DNA of 64,000 nucleotides, taken from contig CT868045.1 in assembly GCA_000165425.1 (NCBI GenBank), positions 1 to 64,000 of the forward strand, read 5' to 3'. A program made the position numbers and the translations under genes. Below are positions 36,588-48,400 of this stretch, in pieces. Within the stretch, counting starts at the first letter, position 1; every line of letters starts with the position of its first letter. Below the pieces are notes generated by a model that was given only the letters and a program-made list of their open reading frames with translations, was not told the DNA's origin and ran no database searches. The stretch comes from Paramecium tetraurelia. Its lineage: Eukaryota.

Positions 36588-39421
36588 ATGAGCCAAACAA
36601 AATTAAAAATAGAGTGCCAACCAAAAGAATTTGATGTAATAAGTTCCAAGAATTTGTGTTTTGCTAATAACTATGCTGTAGAAATCTATTTACTACTACT
36701 TTCATTCAGTAATTTAGCCTATTATATATATAATGAATCATCCTCATAATTTATGCTCATCAAATTTATATTAACATCATGTCTCACCTTAATAGCAATT
36801 GTCCTATAAAAGAGGCTTGATCCAAATATCACAAGATTTATTAAATTTATTTGTGAAATAGTTTCAATCAGTTAATTAATATCGAAAGACGAATGGAATT
36901 GTTTAGCCATTCTCTCACTAATATTTGATAAGGGAATTTTATTGAAAAACCAGGAAATTTATACTTATTTATATGATTATCTCATTCTCAAGGTATTGGG
37001 GTTAACTTATGCATCACTCTATTGGAACAACTAAGTTTTGATTATAATTATATGCAATTCTATTGTTCTTGAGATTTATTAAATTCTGTTGTTATATGTA
37101 ACAAATAAGCAAACTCAACAATAAAAATTGGAGAATTTTCGAAAAGGATTTTCTGTTAGAAGTGAGAAAATAAATAGTGAAAACATAAATTTAGTTGATA
37201 ACTAGATGAAAAACGAAGAAATTACCAAAAATGACATTTTCATGAAATTCCAAGACCAAAACAATAATGAAAATTTAATCAATACTGAAGAACATTGGAT
37301 AAAGAGAATGCATGCAATACCAATCTCCATTATTATTCTTAGCAAAAAGTCACTCACTATTAAATTTAAGAATTAGACAGCCAGGAAGAACTTTAATACC
37401 TTATGTTACAATGACAATGAAATAAATGATTTAATTATGAATAAATTGGAGTTCACACTATTGGAGGACAGTTTAGAAATGCTCAAGAACTCAAGCAGCT
37501 TTATTATTAGAAAATAATTTTTGAATAAACCTGTTAATCAATCTTATTCAAGTCAATTTGATATAGAGAATTTAAAAAAGTTAACTCTCTCCAAGATTTC
37601 ACAGAACTTCTTGAATGGTGACTATCATAATCTCATGAAACCAAATACTAATTCTATTGATTTATACTGCCACTAGATTTTGGATTCATAACAGTTTTAA
37701 ATCAATGGCACCATTTTTTATAGCAATGGAGACGATGAATTAACAATTATACTATCAGACATCTCTAAATAAATGCAATTGTAGCAGTTCATAGTCAAGG
37801 ATGAATTTTAAAAGAAAGTACACTTAAAAATATTTTTTAGGTCATAGAATCACTCTCTCATGAACTCAAAACCCCATTAAACAGTTCAATTAACTTTATT
37901 AAATCTGCCATAGCTGATGATTAATTACCATTGTGCATTAAGAAATAATGTTTAGAGCCAGCGTCAATTGCCTTGTAGTTGCAATCGTATATTATCAACG
38001 ATGTCATAGACTTTTCATAATTCTATAATAATAGTTTAGATGTTTGTGTCAAAGAATTTGAGATAAAGGATGTAATTAGCGAAATAACAAGCATTTTTAA
38101 TTTGTAGTTCTAAAACAAAGGTTTGAACTTTGTGATAGATCTCACTAAGAATACTTCTACAAATATGTCAACTGATTATAATAGGCTAATGTAAATCTTA
38201 GTAAACGTGCTCTAAAATTCCTTAAAATATACCTATAAAGGTGGAGCAATTCTCAAAATTAAGAATTTAGAAGATGATGTAATATCATTTTCTGTTTCTG
38301 ATACAGGAATAGGTATTAAGTCTGAAATGACTAAAAAATTGAATACTTATGTGAATCAAGTTGAGAATTTAAGACATTTTTCAAAATTGAAATCTTGGAA
38401 TGGGATTGGATTGCTTATTTCAAGTATTTTGCTACATTAATTGAACCCTTAATTAACAGAAACATTTAAGATAAAATCTAAATTATCTGAAGGCACTAAG
38501 TTTAAATTTAAAATTAAGTAAATATTAATAGATGATCACAATAACAACACTGATGATATATCTAGAAGAAAGTCTGTTAAATTTAGAAGGAATTCAAAAA
38601 AAAATTGTCAAACTAATCTAGTTGGAACACTTATCTTTGTAAATGAAAGTGCATTCAATACTTAAAATCTAGGATTAAATAGTAAGCCAAGACCTAATTA
38701 AAATAAAAAATTGAAAGGAAGTACTGATTATGATCAAGAATCTGTCGAATCAAACAATAACTACTAGAATTTATCGGACTAATATTTATAACTATAGAAT
38801 TAAGAACATAATTTTATCCTCAACATAATCGATAAAAAAAAGCTTAGCGGATCTTTTGAACAACAATCTATTAAGTCATCATCATTGAAGTAAAACATAT
38901 ATTTGATAATTTAGATCAAAAATCCTTAGTTATAGTCAGTTGAAAATAATGGAGAGATAAAGCAATGATTCTGCATTAGAATACTTTAAGAAAAATTTAA
39001 GTTGTTAATGCAGAAGGATTATGTCTGTCGATGACGAAATCTTCAATTAGAATTCAATTAAATTGTTGATTGAGAGATACGGTTTTGAAGTGATCATTGT
39101 AATATTGATTTATAGTTTAAGTCTTATAATGGTTTAGAGGCGATTTCAGTAATATAGTCACTACAAAAGTGTTCTAAGGAATGCGGATTGTTGAATCTAA
39201 TCTTGATGGATTATTCGATGCCTGTTATGGATGGTATTTAATGTACTATCCAATTAAAGAAAATGATGAAAGAGAAAATAATACCGAATATCAATATAAT
39301 AGGATTAACAGCATTTACTAGTAAATTGGAAGTTGAAAGTTGTCTGAATGCTGGAATGCTGGAAGTACTTTTCAAACCATTAAAACTCAATGATTTCTGT
39401 GAGCTACTAACATTATTATGA
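36588..39421 (+). CDS. Hybrid histidine kinase 2
   Basis: TM-rich N-terminus, PAS-like AIPISIIILSK, H-box SLSHELKTPLN (His 37859-37861), QILVNVLQNSLKYT, VSDTGIGI; receiver SVDDE...LMDYSMP...LTAF...KP. Two introns. Confidence 0.92.
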
Positions 39422-39449
39422 TTATTATATATATAAACAGTATTTATAA

Positions 39450-42227
39450 TCATAGAGATGCTAATACATCTTTTAATTCCTATATTTTTAATGGTTTTGA
39501 TAACACATCGCTCATGCCTGCAATCAAACAATTTCTAATATCTTACTAGCCCGTAAAGGCAGTCAAACCAATTATTGGAATCTCAGGTATCACTCCATCT
39601 GACATGAGTTTTCTCAATTCTTTAGTCGTTGCTATCCCGTCCTTTCGTGGCATCTAATAATCCATAAGAATGATAGTCAAAATATTGCATCCTGAACTGC
39701 AAGGTTTCAGATTCAAAATTAGATTTATTGCTTCGTCACCACCGAATGCCAATTTAACATCGAATCCAATCTGCTAAAGGAGTCTTTCAACTGATTTTTA
39801 ATTGAATATTTCATCATCAACTGACAGGATGACATTGCAATTACAACTATTCTTTTTGGTTGCCAATGATTTGAAGATATCTTCTCTATATTATGTTTCC
39901 ATCTTTCTAAATTGTTTTAGATTGACCAATTGGGATTTTTGAGATTTGCATGACTAAAATAAAGGGTTGTTATTTTTTATTTATATCTTTTAACTTGATT
40001 TTATATCTGTAATCAAAACGGGTTAAATTTATACCAATTAAGATATATTAGCATCTGGCGAACAAAATTAAATTTTTGGACTTCTTGACAATTCTGAAAA
40101 GTCATCCAAAGTGTTTGAACCAGAATTCAGAAATCTTTCACTTTTCCTCATATGTTAACTTACCTGCGCGAGGTCTTAAGCTAAATAAATTGTTCCATTC
40201 ATTGCCAATATCTAACTAAGAGAATAGATTTTAGAGATTTCTTAACACTTTAGGATTGTCTGAGCGTATTCTTTGCACTTAATGATTGTTTGATAGTATT
40301 TTGTTTCGAACTGTAATTAAAATTTAAAATGTAGAATTTGATCTTCGTACCCTTATTGAATCCAGTTGATTCAATTTGAATTTACTTTTATGATGGAGGA
40401 CACAGGGTTTGATGCAATAAGGCAACTATCAACAAACCAAACCCTTTCCATTCTTTAAAGGTTTAAAAATCCTTGCTCTCTTCAACATTCTTAAGAGTGA
40501 CTCTGACTTATTCTAACACATTGGGAGCAATTCCTAATCCAGAATCCTGAACAACAATTTTCACTATATCATTTGGTTTACTACTAAATTTTAATTGTAT
40601 CACACCACTAGATGTGTATTTGAGTGAATTTTAGAGGAGATTGACTAATATTTAAGTTAGTTTTGTTTGGTCAGTACTAAAATAAAGTAAACTATTCTTT
40701 GATAAATCTAAATTGAAGGCTATCTTCTTCATATCAAATTAAATACTAAAAAGGGAAGTTAAATCACTGAGGAAATCTTGTACCGAAAATTCAGTTACAT
40801 AGAGTTCCAATTGATTTGCATTATAACGTTAATAATCAAGGATGTCATTGATTAAGTATGATTATAATTTTAATGAATAGACTGCTGGCTCAAGGGTTTG
40901 AAGTTTCAATTTATCATCGATGGTGCTATCAGCTATTGAGGCTTACAAAAAGTTAATGGCACTATTTAATGGAGTTCGTAATTCATGAGAAAATGATTCT
41001 ATAATCTCAAATATTTAAATAATTTACTTTGCTTTTAAATTCTTCCTTTACTATGAATTACTGGATTTCATTTTATTTTGATGTGTCATTTATCGTCACA
41101 AAGAATTCTTCATCCTTATCAGACAATATTATTTTGGCCTCTAATTAATACTTTGCTCCAGATATTTCTGTTTACTGACAAAATAACTCGATAACGTCCT
41201 TTTACAAATTATAGGTTTCGCTTTTGATCGAAGTCAAGATTTCTATTAGCGATCTCTTCTGCATCAAATCATAAGAACTCAATTAGGTCATACAAGATTT
41301 CTAATTAAAAAGGTTCGATGAATTCGACTTTTTTTATTTTAATTTTATAATATTTGTAGATGACAATTATACGAATTCTTGGTGATCCGATAGGAGTGAA
41401 AAATGCAGTTTATTTAATATAAGGTCTTCCAATTCTTCCTCGTTGATGAAACTATCGCAAAACTATTTGAATAGAGTCTTGTTTTTATATGTAATTTTTA
41501 AAGTCTCTTTGGATATCAACAAAATTGATAATGGGATCGCATAAAATCGTTTCTTCCATACATCTTCCCTTTAGTTATTTTCTACTCTCTAAGTGACACT
41601 GTGAGAGACTTACTCATAATCCAGAGGTTTCTTATGATTTATTAAGGATTGACTCTCCTCTCTTTTCTTGAAAACCAGACGATTTCTATACATTTCCAAT
41701 ATCACCAAACATAAATTTATAGTTATTGCTATCGGTTATTTTGAAAAAATAGAGATTAAACTTACACCTATGACTTTCATCAATATTTTTTCAAGCACTT
41801 TCAATTTAATTGCAACTTTATTGTTTTTAACTATTTAATCGTATACAAGTGGTAGGATAGCAATCAAATAAACCTCATCGTTTAAACAAATGGTTGAAGT
41901 CTAAAATATTTTAATCAAACATATCAAGCACAATAATTAATTTTACTGTATTTTCTTTATGTAAATGAGTGAACCCATAAAAATAAGAATAAATACAATC
42001 AGTCGAGTCGTGTTGAGAATTTTGGTCTAGTTGTTGAAAATCAACACGATAATCTCAACCAACAAAGACATTATCATATACATGTAATATTCCCAAACTA
42101 TTGATAATTCAGGTTAAACATCCCTCTTTTTCATGGTTTTCGTCGTTTTCATTTCATCAACTTTATCACTATGATTAAATTTAACTTTTATAGATGGAGT
42201 ATCTATCGAATTATTTATTGATCTCAT
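39450..42227 (-). CDS. Hybrid histidine kinase 3 (paralogue of HK2)
   Basis: MRSINNSIDTPS start, AIPLSILLISK, H-box SFSHELRTPLN (His 40985-40987), QILVNLLQNSLKYT, VQDSGLGI; receiver SVDDE...LMDYQMP...LTAF...KP; TGA 39450-39452. Confidence 0.92.
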
Positions 42228-43247
42228 TTTTTTTAAATATAAAATAAAATGAATATATATATAGGCAAATTTGAGTATTCCAAAAATATTTGGATAATAA
42301 TTGTTAATATTAAAAAGAAAATTATATTTGCTAAGTACCAGTAGTTTTTCTAATTTTAGTAATACACATTTCAAACAATAATTATTATGTAATTGCAATT
42401 ATATCTCAAATTAAGCAACACTAAATTCAATTTAAAAGGCCTCCAATTAATTAATTAGGCAAAATATCTGTTAAACTAATTTTTCCATCGTTTAATGTAA
42501 AATGCTTTTACGATGATGAATTATATTCTTTAAAGGAAAAAAGTAAGTTATCATCAATTTGACATGTTGGATTCAACATTAAAATGAGACAACTATTATA
42601 ATATATTATTACTATTTACAATTAAACTTAATTTAGAATCAAATTTACCAATAAATAAAATTTTGATTTTTTATATGTCATCATCAGATCCAGCCTAAGA
42701 AAATTGATATTTTTATACAATATTTGAATAACTTAACATTAATTTTAATCAAATGGAAAATAACAAATGAAGAGTGAGATTATCAATTTTATAGAATAAG
42801 AATATTGAAAAAAATTAGAAAAATTCAATACTCGAATCAATAATTTTAGAGTATTTTTCAATCAGTAAAATAATATAATACCAACTATGTAAATCTTACC
42901 CCTATAATTTTTTCAATTAAAATATATTCTTCTCTTAAAAAAATTGATATATAAAAGTTAATTTATATTATTTAATGTTATCAATGATGACTCTGTATAA
43001 ATGTATAAATAGTAATAATAATTATTATTCTATCATTACTTGAAGCCCAGTAGAATGCATATTAAATCCAAGAATTTTTTTATATAGTCTTTACTAATTT
43101 ATGAATAGTTTTAGAAAAAACTTAATTATTATCTCTATCTGAGCTGGATTTTAAATTACCTAAACAATTTAGTTTTCAGTATCTACATTATTTATAATAT
43201 TAAATGAACAATTTGGTATATTAAAATTAATTTATATATTATAAGCA

Positions 43248-44146
43248 ATGGCTACTCGTTCATTAGTTCCAACTTTTATAACTAAAACATTTGAGATGCT
43301 TGAGGTTAATTTTTTATATATACTTAGGATCAATCTATATCTCATATCGTTTCTTGGACTGAAGAAGGATTAAGCTTTGTTGTAAAAAGCTAGAAATTAT
43401 TATAATAATAAGTGTTACCTTAATATTTTAAACACCGAAATTATTCAAGTTTTCTTAGGTAAATATGTAGAATGAATAGTCAGACAATTGAATTTATATA
43501 ATTTTAAAAAGAGTAAACATTAGGATGGCTAAGAGTTTAAACACAAGTGCTTTAGAAAAGGAGTAAAGTATTCAATTTAAGCATACATTTAATAGATAGA
43601 TGTTGCAATTTATAAAGCGAAGGAATAATGATGATGGAAATTAAGAATCTGTAAATCCTAATCAACCATGTATTTTATTCCTTAATTTGCTTAGCTGCTA
43701 AACTGAAGGAAGAGTAAAACATTTTGAGGGTCTGCGCGTCTGATATTAAGGATACTAATACAAGGTTAGATGAGGACATGCAAATATTAAAATAAAAGAG
43801 TGGGGTGCTTTTGGAAGAAATGTGGAATCTCAAAAAGGTTGAAACTCATTCTATTGTAGTTGTTGCATAGTCAATTCGATTAAGTTAATCATAAATTGGA
43901 GAGGATAGACATCATCATAGGAGCAATGTCTTAACATAAAAAGTTTAAAAGTAATTCCATTGAATAACACAAGACATCTCCCAATACTTCACCACTAAAT
44001 TTTTACAGAATGAACTCCATACTCTAGAAACTAACCTAAATTAACCGTTGTTTGAATCGCCAAAATAAGAAATAGATGATCAGGAATAAATTAAGGCCTT
44101 ATTTGAAGAATTGTAAAATCTTAGTAAACCAATCCATTTTGATTGA
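43248..44146 (+). CDS. HSF-type DNA-binding-domain transcription factor
   Basis: VPTFITKTFEMLED...IVSWTEEGLSFVV...VLPQYFKHRNYSSFLRQLNLYNFKK...EFKHKCFRKG...IKRR, followed by a coiled coil. About five tiny introns. Confidence 0.95.
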
Positions 44147-45485
44147 ATCATGTGTTCAAACATAGAAATTTCATTTTTTCTTTAGAATAACAATTTAAAT
44201 GCTTTTTCTAACATATATAAAAAATAACATTGTAAAATTTTGATACTAAAAAAAATTAATTTTATAATTTTATTTTAAGAGCTCTAATCAAATATAACTC
44301 ATGTTGTAGTCAGATATAGTATGCTATATGCATCAAGAAGTATCAAAAAAGGATTTCTGATTGTAAAAAATAAGTCAATTTTGGAATTTAAAATATTGAT
44401 TTTTGAAGACAAATCAGGCATTTTTAATTTTAGAAGAATAGCGAGTATAACATTAAGAATTTTTGATGTTTGTCAAACTTATATTCATAAACAATCAATT
44501 AATAAAATCTAAGGAAAATTATGATTGATTGCCAAGTGGTTATTTTTAAAAGTACTTTTTTGGACTTTGTTTTCTCAAGCAGATGATATTATTTTGTTAG
44601 ATCATTTGAAACATTATTTAATGAGAATCTATTTCTCTGATTTCGTAATTCCAAATTTTATTTGGATTATTGTTATTAAATTTAAATTCCTGACACCTAT
44701 TTTATGATACTGAACAAATCGAGATGGGTTAACATTAAAAAGATATATTAAAATTTTCACTATTAATTATTATTTAAAAATTAATAAATATTAATACTAA
44801 CCTCATTTCAAATGACAATTAGAGAATATAGGAAATAGTTCTTGTTTTGGCTTGTAATATTTGGATGCCAATTTTATCTCTAGTTTAATTAAGAGACAAT
44901 AATTATTAATTAGATTTTTAATGATTTACAGTTACATTTAAGTATTTATGCTCATGTTGTATATGCATAAATTGATAAAGTGATTAATAATAAAGATCTC
45001 CAACTACAACCTTTGAAATATTTAATATAATCTTTTTTCAAAAATTTGATTGATTTGTTCTAGTTTTGAATTCAATAGTAAAATGAATTTTATAGATAAT
45101 TTCTCAAACAATAACAATCAATTTCATGTATTATGAGAGGATGAGAACTTTATTGGTTACTTCACATGTCGGTTTAGTTTCAATTTGTATCTTTTTATTA
45201 ATGAAATTATGACATAAGAATTGTGTTCATATTAATTTCATATTTTCCAATATTGGTTTTGGTTAACTTTAGTATTGTTTTAAATGTCTTAATTTATATC
45301 TTTAATATTTGAATTCGTTTCCCTACTAGGAGTGTTGTGGAGTGATATTTGATTAACATGGTGCGGAGACTATGATCAAGATCAATTAGGAATTATATAT
45401 TAATAATTTAAAAAGAATGTGACAGAGTCCCTGGTGTAAATGATTTAGTGATATAAGAAAAATATTTTATTAAATTAAATAACTG

Positions 45486-48400
45486 ATGATGCAGAAGAAG
45501 CTTACCTAGACGAATAGACAAGCTAAAATTTAAGAATTCGTATTCCTCTCTTATAAACTAGACTCCATCCTAATTGATTTAGAAGCAATTATCTGGATAG
45601 ATTTTTGAAGATGCACATCCAAAAATCAAAATCATAGAATTTTAGAATCTGGCTGACTTCTCCTCTCAACCAGTGAGTAGTGTCCCGATCGATGAACCGC
45701 TGTTTGACCCAATTCCGCCAATAATACAATTTACAGACTATGAGGTACACCTTACTCTTTAAAAGCAAACAAGCCATTACAAATAAAGGAGAAGATTTTC
45801 AAGTTGCGTAACAAAGATCGGGTAGCTCGAAGGGTTAAAATATATAAGCCTGACTCGCGCTTATTTTAGGTTGTGCCTTAAGGTACTAATGGAAAAGATG
45901 CAGGAACAGGAACTAAGGCATTTATTTTATGATTATCATCCACTAGGTAGCTCCAGGTATGGAAACCAACTTCATTATTCGTTTTTCTCCGGAATCGAAG
46001 TCAGATTACAACTATGATGTTATTGTTGAGACAGAAAGGGAGAAATTTGTTGTGCCAATCGTTGCAGTGGGAAAAAGAGCGATGATAGGTACATAATTGT
46101 TTGGATTCCTTAGATTTCCCTGATTCTCTTGATTTTGGAAATTGCCCTGTTAAATACACTACCGAAAAGCCAGTTATCATTAGAAATCTAGGAGAGAAGA
46201 CCACCAAATGGTTCTTGAAACTACCCTTGGGTTTTGATGCCGACAAGAGGGAGGGAGTCTTAGAATATGGCAAGAATGAGCAAATTGTCATCAAGTAATT
46301 ATCCATATTAAATATACTAACAGATTCTTTCCAACCGAAGCTAGATCCTATAAGAATAAGGCAATTTTATAGTATGATAACATGGAGGCTTATGTGCCCA
46401 TTATCGGAGTGGCACACAATGGGAATGTGTATCTATCTAAAAGTCAAATTAATATGACTGAAGCCTTTATTGGTCTGCAATTGCAGTAGACATTATAGAT
46501 TATCAATAAATCAAATGTGAAAGTGGATTTTGAATGGAGGGCTTTTGCAACAGAGAAGGAGGAATAAGAAAAGAAGAATAGATTGAGGAATCAATTGGAA
46601 GAGGAAGAAGCTGAGGAAAGAATGCTTATTAAAGAATTGGTCTCAAATGAGGGAGTACATGAAGAATTGGAGTTAGAGGAAGATGAAGACAGTGAGGAGG
46701 AAGAGAGAGATGAAAAAGCTATCATTTTAAAGAGACAAAAGAAGGCTGAATTATAATTGGCAAGGAAATATAGAAACATTCGTAAGGCCATTGAGGATGA
46801 TCTACTTCTATTCATTGATGATATATTCACGATTGAACCTACACAAGGATAGATTTGGCCAAATTCAGAGATGACAGTTACAGTAACCTTTGTGCCAAGA
46901 AGTGCCTTTCTCTATTAGACTGTGGCCTATTGCAATATCTCTTGTTCAGAGGAGAGATTGCCTCTGAATTTGTATGGTCAAGGTATGGGTCCAAGAGCAT
47001 TTTTGAGTGTTTATGAGGTGAATTTAGGAGATGTGTTTGTTAATGAAATTCATAAGACAGAGGTTGTGATAGAAAATAGAGGAGAAATAGAATGCAAATT
47101 TGAATTGATGCCAAATGAAAGAGCATTTGGAAAGATGTTTAAATTTGATGTTGAAAGAGGAGTATTAGCAGTTGGTCAGAGAATGCCATTCACAATTACC
47201 TTCAAATCCAGCATCCCAGGTGAATTCAAAGAGACTTTTAGATGGAAATTAGAAGGATCTACAGATTAATTAACTATACTATTTATTGGACATGTGATTG
47301 CTCCTACATTCAATTTCTAAGATGAGAAAATTCAATTTGGTACTGTCAGTTATTCATTCGAACAAACCAAGAGCATAAGAATGACTAACACATCTACAGT
47401 TGCATTTACATATGAACTTAAAATTCCTGGAGATGGTAAATTAGCTGAAAGGGAATTTGAAATCGAACCTAGAAGAAATACTATCTAGCCTAAAAATTTC
47501 GATGTAATTAAAGTGACCTTCATTCCAAAATAAATTAAGACATATGAATAAGTTATGGTTGTAGACATTGAAGGTGTCGGTTAAGATATGTTATCGATAC
47601 CAATTACGGCTGACTGTCAAGCTCCAAGAGTGGAATTGAGACCAAGTGATAGATTGAATTTCAACAAAGGAGATGATTAAAAAGTATTCTTAAGAAATCC
47701 ATGTAAATCAAGAGTGGATTTAATTAATACATCTGAATTACCAGCCAAATTCGTTGTTTTACCTCAGAATGATGAGTATAAAGTATTAGCAGATTATACA
47801 GTGGAACCATCCAGTGGCAAGATCAATGGTAATTCAACTATGTCTTTGGAAGTGACATTGACTACTAAGAAATTATATGATATCACACTGCCATTGTAAA
47901 TAAATATAGTTGGTACCAATAATGGATAGCCTCATGTGATAACAATTGTAGCATTTTCAGAAGGACCAAAAGTGAAAACATCAAAAACAGAATTGGATTT
48001 TGGAAATGTTGAAGTCCTAAAGGATTATTCCCTAAAATTAACATTAACCAATGATAGTGATATTGAGGCTGATTTCCATGCCTTCACAAAGAATAAAGTC
48101 TCTATATTTAAACCCATTCAAAAACATGGAATTATAAAACCAAAGGAGAGTTGTGAAATTGAAGTGCTTTGTAGTGCTGACGATGCTGTGAAGGTTTCTG
48201 ATGTCCTTCATTTTGTTATCAAGGAAGGTGATGACGTAGAAGTCTAATTGAAAGCCAAAGGAATTGGGTCAACAATATTTTGTAAGGATGATTTATCATC
48301 TGTGAATATGGGAGTCAATTATACACACAGAAAAGTGACAAAGGAGATCTTTGTTGAGAATAAAGGCAGGAAATAATAAAAATTACAATGGACTCAAAAG

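Noticed and set aside
32959..42227. Histidine kinases as bacterial contamination or recent horizontal transfer
   Set aside because: They use code 6, contain Paramecium-type micro-introns and match host composition.
45300..45470. Slightly GC-richer patch upstream of HYDIN as a snoRNA or tRNA
   Set aside because: No convincing C/D or H/ACA boxes or cloverleaf. It reads better as a decayed minus-strand coding remnant.
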